Of a DNA stretch of 40,857 nucleotides, positions 33,352 to 40,857 are shown piece after piece. The first letter of the stretch is position 1; each line of letters starts with the position of its first letter. The position numbers and the translations under genes are program-made. Source of the stretch: a virus (Duplodnaviria; Caudoviricetes); the IMG/VR virus record IMGVR_UViG_3300017448_000013, positions 1 through 40,857 of that record; one strand, given 5' to 3'. The notes under the pieces were generated by a model that saw nothing but the letters and a program-made list of their open reading frames with translations, was not told the DNA's origin and did no database searches.

Positions 33352-34608
33352 TTAGTCGATCAGGCCGGCTTGGTGGAGAGACGCCTTGACCTGGAAGCGC
33401 TGATCAATCGTCATCCCCTTGAGGGCTTCGTTGATCTTGTTGATGTCCATCTTGCCTTCGGCGGGGACTGCAAGTCCGGCCTTGGCCATCAGGGTCATGC
33501 TCGAAGTGTCGACGGTCTTGCGCTCGGGCTTGACGGCGTCAGCGGCGGTCGCTTCGGCCTTTTTTGTGAAGTCGGCGATGACAGTCTCGGCGGAGGCGAG
33601 CTTGTCCTTGAGGTCCTTCTCTGACTTCTCGGCAGCAGCCTTCACTTCGTCGATCTTGGCGGTGAATTCGGCTGACGTCTTCGCGACGGCTTCCTTCACC
33701 TTACCATCGACGTCGACCTTCTCGGCCGCGGCGTAGAAGCGATTGAACACGGCAGGGAGGCGCCCTTGAGCGGCGTTGGCACGGAGATCGCCGGCCATGT
33801 CACGCAGGACTTTCACATGACCGCGATCGGGATCGCCGCCGATGCCGGCCGCGTCCATGTGATCGGCGGCCTTTTCCAGTTCGCTGGCATGCTGCTCGAC
33901 CTTGGCGAGATGATTGGCCGCTTCGACCTTCTCATCTTCCAATTTCTTGAGCTGCTCAGCTTGAGCCGCAATGGCGTCAGCGAGTGGCTTCACAGCAGCC
34001 GCAACCGACGCTGCGATTTCGTCAAACTTCTTCTCAACGTCCTTATCGAGAGGCATAGAGATAATTCCTTCTTGCTCGGCCGCCTTGGCCGATAATGAGG
34101 TGGTTTTATAGGCGGCCTTTTCCTTGAGCAGGATGGCGGCGCCGGTGAAAATACATTCGCAAATAGGAACAGGGTCCGCGTTGACGTCAGTAGTCATCAA
34201 ATCGCGTGCTTCAAATGAGAAGCCGAGCTTGTCTTTGTTGGCCTTGAGTTCAATGGCAACTTCAGGGAAGTCCGCGGCATAGATGAAACCATTAACGTGG
34301 ATTTCATTGCCAACGATCTCGGAGCCCATAATGACCCCGATCTTCTCTTGCGGATTGTGTCCTTCGGGGTTGTAGTTGACTCCCATACCAAGCAGCGAAT
34401 CCAAGGCTTGCCTGGCCGCCTCCATGGTCAGCATGACGCGCTTGCCTTTGCTGCCCTCGGGGGCGGCATCGGATGGCTCGTCAATCTTAGTCAAAACGCC
34501 GGAGAACGGCATCTTGTTCGGATGCTTGCTCGTCGGGATGTCCAACGAGCGCGCTTGCATCGACATACCGGGAAGGGAGACGCGCATCTCCTGTGTCGAT
34601 TCAGCCAC
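33352..34608 (-). CDS. Prohead protease-scaffold fusion protein
   Basis: N-terminal domain with GH....KIG.I, G.IY..DFPE, LGFSFE and FTGAAIL...AAY..T (herpes/HK97-type protease pattern). C-terminal Ala/Lys/Glu coiled coil. Confidence 0.82.
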   Translation of the reverse strand: MAESTQEMRVSLPGMSMQARSLDIPTSKHPNKMPFSGVLTKIDEPSDAAPEGSKGKRVMLTMEAARQALDSLLGMGVNYNPEGHNPQEKIGVIMGSEIVGNEIHVNGFIYAADFPEVAIELKANKDKLGFSFEARDLMTTDVNADPVPICECIFTGAAILLKEKAAYKTTSLSAKAAEQEGIISMPLDKDVEKKFDEIAASVAAAVKPLADAIAAQAEQLKKLEDEKVEAANHLAKVEQHASELEKAADHMDAAGIGGDPDRGHVKVLRDMAGDLRANAAQGRLPAVFNRFYAAAEKVDVDGKVKEAVAKTSAEFTAKIDEVKAAAEKSEKDLKDKLASAETVIADFTKKAEATAADAVKPERKTVDTSSMTLMAKAGLAVPAEGKMDINKINEALKGMTIDQRFQVKASLHQAGLID

Positions 34609-34630
34609 AGCAATTCCCTATGAAAATGAT

Positions 34631-35086
34631 TTACGAGACGGCGTCGGCAATGGCTTCGCGCAAATGATCAGGCGCGCTGTCTTCGACATGAACGATCGCA
34701 TGGCGCAGATCGCCGAGCGAAACTTGCATGCGCTGCAAATATGAGTGCAACGAAGGATCGGCGACCACTGTGCGCATGTGGTTTGTGAGCGCCGCAGAAA
34801 TCACGCCGGCATCGTTATATAGCTTGCCGATCGCGACCAGAGCAGCGGCAATCGTCGCCATAGGATCGCTTGAAACGCTGGCCGACACGGTGACGTCGCT
34901 GAACCCATCATCTTCAGGTTGCTCTGCATCGACGACCTGGGCCGCGACTTCCGGCTCTGTTCCGACCACCTGAGCTTCAGCTTCTTGCGCCGCCGCCTCT
35001 GCCGCGGCCTGACCGATCGCTTCAGCGTCTACGGAAACAGCCGGCGACATGGCCGGCTGTGGTTTATACTTTTGGTTCTTCGCCAT
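34631..35086 (-). CDS. Hypothetical protein (acidic, low-complexity N-terminus)
   Basis: 151 aa ORF with GAGG RBS in the head operon. Confidence 0.7.
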   Translation of the reverse strand: MAKNQKYKPQPAMSPAVSVDAEAIGQAAAEAAAQEAEAQVVGTEPEVAAQVVDAEQPEDDGFSDVTVSASVSSDPMATIAAALVAIGKLYNDAGVISAALTNHMRTVVADPSLHSYLQRMQVSLGDLRHAIVHVEDSAPDHLREAIADAVS

Positions 35087-35112
35087 ATTGCCTCTCAGGT
35101 TTGGGAAGAGTC

Positions 35113-35415
35113 TTAGTAGACCACCAAAATATCAAGCGTACCGGCACCCAACGTGGTTGCGGCCAGAACTGGCGTGATAACGACGTTGAAGCCAGATTGA
35201 GTCTTGCTGGTTACATTGATAGTCACCGCCAGATTCGATGTCGCGAAAACATGATAAGTGGCCGGCAAACTGACAGAAACAGCCGTGGTAACCGCAGTGC
35301 CCGCGCCTCCGCCAGCAGCAGTGGCGACGCCGGAAAGCATGTACAGCCCGAGACGATCGGAGTCATTCAAGTCAGAGCCATCTTTGACTTCAACGGTGTG
35401 AAGATCGAAAGCCAT
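35113..35415 (-). CDS. Small beta-rich protein, possible head decoration/fibre
   Basis: LP.TY.V......V..KT.SGF.V pattern (H-type-lectin-like fold, inferred). Directly after the portal. Confidence 0.6.
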   Translation of the reverse strand: MAFDLHTVEVKDGSDLNDSDRLGLYMLSGVATAAGGGAGTAVTTAVSVSLPATYHVFATSNLAVTINVTSKTQSGFNVVITPVLAATTLGAGTLDILVVY

Positions 35416-35420
35416 TTAAA

Positions 35421-36776
35421 TTACCCCTTCTGGGTTGATTTCTTTGAAGCCGACTTGGGGGCCGGCACATCTTGATCAAGGTCCTGCCCCATATTGCGGG
35501 CAGCAAATAGCGCGACCTGCGTATCTATGAAAAGCTTATCAGCGAACTCATTGTCGAGCGGAGCTTCGCCGAAGCGATCCCTGATCTCGTTCGGTGTCAG
35601 TGAGTTCTGCTTGTAACGCAGGTCGAAAATACGCGATGTCGCCATTTCGTCTTCGCGGTCGAAGCCGACGAAGCGGAATTGCAATTGCGAAAATCCGAGT
35701 TTTCGCTGGATACAATGGCGCGTCAGCGCCCTGGAAATATCATGCGCCCACGGCTTGATCGCTACGTCCCAATCGCGGTCTTCGGCGACTTCTGAAGTGT
35801 CGCGGTTGACGTCGCGCTCGATGCCCAAATTCTGCGGAGACAAGTCAAAGGCAACCGCCAGCGCGCGCTGCAACATCTCTTGGTATTTCAGGAACAAGCC
35901 ATTGTCGCCTTCCGGATAGAACCGGAGGACTTGCATGCCAGCGGCCTTGGCGGCGTCACCAGCGCTCACATGGGAGGCGAACATCGGCACTTGACCAGTG
36001 CCTTCTACATCATTGCGCCAGAAGGCGCGCATGACTTCAAGTTCGGCCGGAGGCAGTCCTGGAAAATCCAGGCCGATTGACGGCCGCATATTGCCGGCAA
36101 CGCTATTGGCAAATTTACCGATCGACAAAAGGCTGGCGACCGTATCGAAGGCGATTTCGAGCGGGCCGAAACCAAATGGCGTCGACGTGTTCGGATTTGG
36201 CGCAATATATAGCAGCTCGTCGTCACGCAGATGCTTGACTTCGCCACCGCCGAATTCTGAGCCGTAGCCGACAGTCTGCGCGTAGCGCGGAGTGCTCGGA
36301 TCGCCCTTCCATTCGGCGTACAGTTGGATGGACAGGCCGTCGACTGGCCACATCCATAATGGACGATTCGGATCGCCTCCGACTTGGGTCTCAAGTGCTC
36401 CGGCGCCAACCAAGCAATCTTCAAGCACACGTTCGAGCATCAGCTCGAAATCGTCGGTCTCGTTCGGCTTGCAGAAGCAAGTCTTGACGATCGTTTCCTG
36501 GCGCCGCAGTTCTGAATTCCATTCGACGCCGTCGATCGGGACGATCTCCCACTCCAGCATCTTGATAGGATTCTTGATCGCATTGATGGCGCGGCGCGCA
36601 TAAGGAGTGCGCGAGAAGAAGCGTAGATTTCGCGGCGTCGCTTTGTAGACGAGGCCAGTCATACTGTTGACACGCCCAATCTGAATCAGATTGGGAAATG
36701 GGATCGTGTCGCGCTTGGGCTCGTCCTTACGACGACCGAGGCGCGGAATACGCTTGACGAAGTCGAAGATACCCAT
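35421..36776 (-). CDS. Portal protein
   Basis: PN, GA...MWPVDG.SI, FG.GPLE, AF.LSP..LG...DVNR.T and LTPNEIR..G.APL motifs of HK97-like portals. Confidence 0.93.
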   Translation of the reverse strand: MGIFDFVKRIPRLGRRKDEPKRDTIPFPNLIQIGRVNSMTGLVYKATPRNLRFFSRTPYARRAINAIKNPIKMLEWEIVPIDGVEWNSELRRQETIVKTCFCKPNETDDFELMLERVLEDCLVGAGALETQVGGDPNRPLWMWPVDGLSIQLYAEWKGDPSTPRYAQTVGYGSEFGGGEVKHLRDDELLYIAPNPNTSTPFGFGPLEIAFDTVASLLSIGKFANSVAGNMRPSIGLDFPGLPPAELEVMRAFWRNDVEGTGQVPMFASHVSAGDAAKAAGMQVLRFYPEGDNGLFLKYQEMLQRALAVAFDLSPQNLGIERDVNRDTSEVAEDRDWDVAIKPWAHDISRALTRHCIQRKLGFSQLQFRFVGFDREDEMATSRIFDLRYKQNSLTPNEIRDRFGEAPLDNEFADKLFIDTQVALFAARNMGQDLDQDVPAPKSASKKSTQKG

Positions 36777-36790
36777 CTGCCGACCTCGCC

Positions 36791-37120
36791 TTAACGCAGC
36801 ATTTCGATCATTGCCTCGATCGCACTGCGGTTAGGATCATCGGCATCGGCAAATTTAATGAACGCTTCCAGATGGCGTCTGGTGTCATCCGCGCTTTGCT
36901 TGGCGGAACGCAAATGAGACATAGCGTCCTGACACATCTCTACATAGAGTTGCAGATGGCTGATCGTCGGAGAGACACGATCTAAGTCGGACCGAATACC
37001 CACAATCGTCTCCGGTATAAAATCCACGTCCCGCCTAATCGGCGATTCTTGGCTATCCTTTCGGAGAGGCCCAGGGGCCATTTCACCAAGCGAGGGACGT
37101 GGCGTCACGCCCGCCGGCAC
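36791..37120 (-). CDS. Hypothetical protein
   Basis: 109 aa ORF filling the gap between the ATPase and the portal. Confidence 0.6.
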   Translation of the reverse strand: MPAGVTPRPSLGEMAPGPLRKDSQESPIRRDVDFIPETIVGIRSDLDRVSPTISHLQLYVEMCQDAMSHLRSAKQSADDTRRHLEAFIKFADADDPNRSAIEAMIEMLR

Positions 37121-37126
37121 TTCAAT

Positions 37127-37807
37127 TCAAGCAGCCAAAACACCGACGCGATCGAATTCCTTCCACGCCTTCTCCAGCCAAGACTTGACGATGCCACGCA
37201 GAGTGCGCGACTGGGTCGAATCGCCAATATACGACACGAAGGTGCCGCCGCGCTTCTGTAAGACTTCCTGGGCGCGGGCATCCAGGTTGGCGAGATCGAT
37301 CATCGACGGTGCCATTTGATCAAGGATGGCTTTGGTGTCGCCGTTCTCCCAATCGAAGTAGCCCGCATCCTTACTGATGTGGTTCTTGACCAGGAGATGC
37401 TTGACGCCGCCGATCTTGACGGCAGCCGAACTGATTTCCGAGATCGATGTAATGGTCGGGCCGAGAACATGCAGCAGCACCATCTTCACGGTGCCGGCGC
37501 GGACATCCTCAAGCAGGCGGGCCTCGTCGAGCGCATTGATCGTCGGCGACAGCATGCCGGCCGGAAGATCGACAACGGTAAGGACGTCATCTTTCATATC
37601 ATCGAAGACCTTCATCTGGTCTTCGATCTTCTCGATGTCGATCACGGTCGATTCGTTGAAACGATGTAGGTCTCCGCCGGGCCACTGCGCGTCGAAGGCA
37701 CGCGCTTTGAGCCCGAGAGTCTGGATCAGGTCCAGCAGAATACGGGTGGTCAGGGTCTTTCCTGTTCCACCCTTGTCCGCGCCCACGAAGATAATTGTTG
37801 CAGGCAT
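37127..37807 (-). CDS. Orphan ParA/MinD-family (SIMIBI) P-loop ATPase
   Basis: Deviant Walker A KGGTGKT at the N-terminus, AFDAQ switch I, VVDLPAG Walker B. AAGGAG RBS. Confidence 0.88.
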   Translation of the reverse strand: MPATIIFVGADKGGTGKTLTTRILLDLIQTLGLKARAFDAQWPGGDLHRFNESTVIDIEKIEDQMKVFDDMKDDVLTVVDLPAGMLSPTINALDEARLLEDVRAGTVKMVLLHVLGPTITSISEISSAAVKIGGVKHLLVKNHISKDAGYFDWENGDTKAILDQMAPSMIDLANLDARAQEVLQKRGGTFVSYIGDSTQSRTLRGIVKSWLEKAWKEFDRVGVLAA

Positions 37808-37819
37808 GCCTCACACTCC

Positions 37820-38116
37820 TTACGGCAAGCAGAAATCGCGGTGGCGATGAGCACGAGGTTTATGGTGCGGCTTTGGCTTAGGTGGCGGCACCAATGCGGT
37901 CGAAGGCTCAACAACAACTGGAGCCGGTGGCAGAACACGGCAAATAGGCGGATCGTCTGATGTGCCAGGACATTGCGGCGCATTTGGATTCGGTGCCTGA
38001 GAGATAACGACAACCGGCGCCTTCGGCTCCGGCGCAGTCACGCGCTCACTGCACATCCACGCTACTGTCATGACAAAAGCGCCGACAGCACAAGCAATCA
38101 GGATGTTCCGCAACAT
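37820..38116 (-). CDS. Small exported/membrane Pro-rich protein
   Basis: N-terminal hydrophobic helix, Pro-rich body, His/Arg tail. GGAGG RBS. Confidence 0.65.
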   Translation of the reverse strand: MLRNILIACAVGAFVMTVAWMCSERVTAPEPKAPVVVISQAPNPNAPQCPGTSDDPPICRVLPPAPVVVEPSTALVPPPKPKPHHKPRAHRHRDFCLP

Positions 38117-38140
38117 ACGGTGCCTCCACCGTGGAAATGG

Positions 38141-38168
38141 AAAAGGCCCGACGCCGAAGCGTCGAGCC
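38141..38168 (-). terminator. Rho-independent terminator
   Basis: GGCTCGACGC-TTCG-GCGTCGGGCC followed by TTTT. Confidence 0.75.
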
Positions 38169-38191
38169 CCAGAGGGCGTGATGGCCCCGGA

Positions 38192-38680
38192 TTAGCAGGC
38201 GGAGCTAATGCTGCCGAGAATGGTGTTCGCCGCGGCATCCTGCCCGGACGTAATCACGTCCGTGGTAAGATAAGTGCAGATCGCCTTGATCTCGGCGGCA
38301 TGCAAGCGCATGAGCTGCACCAGTCCGCGGACATCGCAGCCAGCCGCTGCACCAACCGATAGATCGGATGGCGTGAAGCCGAATTGCAGAACGTCAGCCG
38401 CGCCCGTGGAGACGCTCGCCATATTCGCCGTCAACGTCAGCGTATTATTCGACGTGCTGGAAACCGTGCCGATCTTTGCGCCGCTGGTGACGTCGTAAAC
38501 GATCTGCGAAGCAACAACCCACGACGGAAGAGTCTGCGCCATAACGATAACGGCGGCGCCGGTCGTCCACGATGCGTTGGCCGACAACTGACCGGCCGGC
38601 AGATAGCCATAAGCCGCCTGACCAGAAAGAACCATGCCATCGGCAAAGAGTTCGTTCGTATAGGTAGTGATGGTAGTCAT
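38192..38680 (-). CDS. Putative virion protein carrying a module shared with tail proteins
   Basis: ATG 38680 behind an AAAAGGG RBS. Central ~69 aa is collinear with the insert of the gene at 4832-5713. Confidence 0.7.
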   Translation of the reverse strand: MTTITTYTNELFADGMVLSGQAAYGYLPAGQLSANASWTTGAAVIVMAQTLPSWVVASQIVYDVTSGAKIGTVSSTSNNTLTLTANMASVSTGAADVLQFGFTPSDLSVGAAAGCDVRGLVQLMRLHAAEIKAICTYLTTDVITSGQDAAANTILGSISSAC

Positions 38681-38724
38681 TTGAAAGAATTCCCTTTTCA
38701 AAAGTAGTTGAACGGCAATGCCGG

Positions 38725-38973
38725 TTAATGGGTGAAGAAAGGTCCGCTGTTAGGGCGGACACACATGCAGACACCGCTAACGCGGCAGGCAGCGCAACCG
38801 CCGCCAGTCGTCAGCGGCCAAATAGCCGGAACATAAGGCATTGGATCGGTCGGAACATACGGCGTCGGCACAAACCACGGCGATGTCGGTTTCGATCCGC
38901 CATGCTCACAGACCTTCTCGTCAGGCGAGAGGCAACAACCGCACTCCGGACACTTCCAGCCTTCGCGGGTCAT
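38725..38973 (-). CDS. Small Cys-rich protein
   Basis: GWKCPECG...SP....C N-terminus and CAAC...GVCMC C-terminus. ATGA overlap with the upstream gene. Confidence 0.7.
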   Translation of the reverse strand: MTREGWKCPECGCCLSPDEKVCEHGGSKPTSPWFVPTPYVPTDPMPYVPAIWPLTTGGGCAACRVSGVCMCVRPNSGPFFTH

Positions 38974-39119
38974 GACTTCGCAGCCGGCCTATATTCGACG
39001 ACAACCGGACGCTCGATCACGACGGGACGCTCGACATAAACCGGACCCCCCCACGGCCACCAATAATGCCGAGCCAAGCCGCCAACAATAATTCCGCCGA
39101 GAACAGCGCCGATCAGCAT
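38970..39119 (-). CDS. Small membrane peptide
   Basis: MLIGAVLGGIIVGGLARHYWWPWGGPVYVERPVVIERPVVVEYRPAAKS. GGAG RBS. Start overlaps the upstream TGA. Confidence 0.6.
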   Translation of the reverse strand: MLIGAVLGGIIVGGLARHYWWPWGGPVYVERPVVIERPVVVEYRPAAKS

Positions 39120-39559
39120 CACTTGCTCCGTTTGTTCAATCTTACCGATTGCACTTTGCCGCCGGTAATAGGATCGAAATCCATGGCAATCTTGACGGCC
39201 TCGGCCGCCGACTTTCCACAACGCATCGCCACCATAGCCGGGACACGACCAGACCCAATGGCATAATATTTGGCGTCGCTACCAAACCAGCCGCCGCTCT
39301 CTAGCACCATGACATGGCCATCAGGCTTGACCATGATGCCATTAAGATCGTTTTGCGATTTGACGGTAAAAACACCAGTCGGATTCTTGCGCAACTTGGA
39401 AACGATCGTAGAGATAGTCGTCAAATCACCAGCAAAACCAATCAAGGTGCCGTCCTTGAAACGAAATACCTTGCGAAAATGACCTGGACTGATGACATCA
39501 TCGTTAGTCGTGCGAGTATCGCCCGCTAGAACACCGGCCTTGTACGCGATTGTTGTTAT
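39119..39559 (-). CDS. Proteasome-beta/HslV-like Ntn-hydrolase (start re-assigned to ATA at 39559)
   Basis: Frame extends upstream of the track's start: (M)TTIAYKAGVLAGDTR...RKVF...IGFAGD...AIGSG...A..AV.IA...D..TGG. AAGGAG RBS 7 nt upstream of ATA. Confidence 0.85.
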   Translation of the reverse strand: MTTIAYKAGVLAGDTRTTNDDVISPGHFRKVFRFKDGTLIGFAGDLTTISTIVSKLRKNPTGVFTVKSQNDLNGIMVKPDGHVMVLESGGWFGSDAKYYAIGSGRVPAMVAMRCGKSAAEAVKIAMDFDPITGGKVQSVRLNKRSK

Positions 39560-39993
39560 GACACGTCTCCTTCCATGTAATGAAGGATGCGACGTATCTC
39601 GTCGACGGTTGCGTCACGCTTTAACTGATTTGCCCGATAACTGATAACCCTGATATTGTCTTTGGTGTACCCGAGACGGTTATCAAACCGATCGACCGAT
39701 GGCCGATTATTTAGTGGGGCTTCGGCACCAGCAATCAACGTAATACCCAGAACTGGACAAACCTCCGGGACGATTATGTCACTGGCACAAAGGTCAAAAG
39801 ATCGTCCCGTATTCCTAGCACGAGACCTGATAAGACTCATTACGGTTTGCGGCCAAGTCTTCAAATTTCTTTTCTTGGCAGCAAATAACTCGGCCTCGCG
39901 CTTTCGATTGCGCCGTTTCTTCTCGCCTTCTATTATTTCAGGTTTATCGCGAGAGCGCCGCTTTGCCAATGTATTGGCTGAAATGGTTGTCAT
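39556..39993 (-). CDS. HNH-like endonuclease
   Basis: P..CPVLGI.L, PSVDR.D...GY.KDNI.VIS.RAN.LK motifs. Confidence 0.88.
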   Translation of the reverse strand: MTTISANTLAKRRSRDKPEIIEGEKKRRNRKREAELFAAKKRNLKTWPQTVMSLIRSRARNTGRSFDLCASDIIVPEVCPVLGITLIAGAEAPLNNRPSVDRFDNRLGYTKDNIRVISYRANQLKRDATVDEIRRILHYMEGDVS

Positions 39994-40023
39994 GCGCCGC
40001 CTCCGGCAATGTGGACGACCTGT

Positions 40024-40722
40024 TTATTTCGGTCCGAAATGGTCGCAGGCAGCCTGCGATGAAACCATGAAATCGACGTGACCGACTGCACCGGATGGAT
40101 GGAGCATGCCGTCCAGACCAGTAAGTTGGGGCGGCTCAATCACCGACACAACGATGCCGAGCACCTTGCCGGCGGCATCAAATACAGGGCCGCCAGAATT
40201 ACCGCTGGCGACCATGACATCGATCGGAACGATCGACTCTTCACCAAACATTGTGCGAACAACGCCAGCAACCTTGCCCCAGGTATGGACGAACTCGACA
40301 CCGAGAGGATTACCGACAACCTCGATCGGCTCGCCGATCTTCGGATCACGGCAGGCCAGCTCCGCAGAACGTACATCGACATTCACGGCAATCTTGTAGG
40401 CGGCGATATCAGTCTTGTCGCTCGTCCAGAGCGCCGCGGCATCGGGGGCCGGCGCGCCGTCTGCTTTGCCGTCATTGTCGAAGATGACGACCGCCGACTT
40501 AACCTTGGCGTTCTCTGGCGTAACGCAATGTTTGGCGGTCAGGACAACACCGTCGCCGAGATAGACGCCGGAGCACGTAGCGCGGTTACCGTCTTCCAGC
40601 AATACCGAGATTTTCACATCGGGACCGGGACGATGATCAGGCTGGCTGTTGGCGACATAGCCACCGACGCCAATGCCAGCGGTCAACAATGCCGCCGCAG
40701 TCCATCTCACGATCCGCTTCAT
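40024..40722 (-). CDS. Trypsin-like (S1) serine protease with N-terminal signal/anchor
   Basis: Catalytic triad motifs LTAKHC, DIA, GNSGGP. Hydrophobic N-terminus. Confidence 0.92.
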   Translation of the reverse strand: MKRIVRWTAAALLTAGIGVGGYVANSQPDHRPGPDVKISVLLEDGNRATCSGVYLGDGVVLTAKHCVTPENAKVKSAVVIFDNDGKADGAPAPDAAALWTSDKTDIAAYKIAVNVDVRSAELACRDPKIGEPIEVVGNPLGVEFVHTWGKVAGVVRTMFGEESIVPIDVMVASGNSGGPVFDAAGKVLGIVVSVIEPPQLTGLDGMLHPSGAVGHVDFMVSSQAACDHFGPK

Positions 40723-40857
40723 GTGCCTCGTTCCTGTGGTAGGTTTTTTGTCGTCGTCGAAATAGATGCGGCGGGGAGCCGGGTCCGCGGGGATCGTTGA
40801 TCCACAAGCTCATTTTTCCGGTCAGGCCATACAGCGGCTCGCTTCAGGAGACGCGAG

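Larger units (their letters stand above)
1..40857 (-). mobile_element. Phage/prophage virion morphogenesis region, contractile-tail (myovirus-like)
   Basis: Co-oriented, tightly packed genes in the order portal-protease-capsid-neck-sheath-tube-chaperone-tape measure-baseplate-fibres. No host housekeeping genes and no att site visible, so prophage versus free phage cannot be decided. Confidence 0.96.

Overview
The whole window is a segment of a tailed phage or prophage with a contractile (myovirus-type) tail. The host is probably alphaproteobacterial, inferred from a Usg-family gene and a Rhizobiales-like ParA homologue. Almost all genes are on the minus strand. Reading right to left: a cluster of accessory genes (trypsin-like protease, HNH, proteasome-beta/HslV-like Ntn hydrolase, small membrane and Cys-rich proteins, orphan ParA-like ATPase); portal, head protease-scaffold, major capsid; accessory genes (split HNH, Usg, L,D-transpeptidase-like, tRNA-Asn); neck genes, sheath, tube, tail chaperone with a -1 frameshift, tape measure and a three-domain cell-wall hydrolase; baseplate; and about 11 kb of fibre/adhesin genes. 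Three genes are inserted on the plus strand (FkbM methyltransferase, membrane-anchored GIY-YIG, HNH-AP2). No terminase, integrase or replication gene is visible. The main oddities are: non-AUG starts (ATT for the sheath, ATA for the Ntn protease), both directly behind HNH genes; a central spike ending in a Peptidase S74 self-cleaving chaperone; a shared structured leader in front of two unrelated HNH genes; AT-rich recoded gene ends next to HNH insertions; a ~65-70 aa module shared by several virion proteins; and a repeat-rich capsid leader. All product calls come from motif recognition and gene order, not from database searches.
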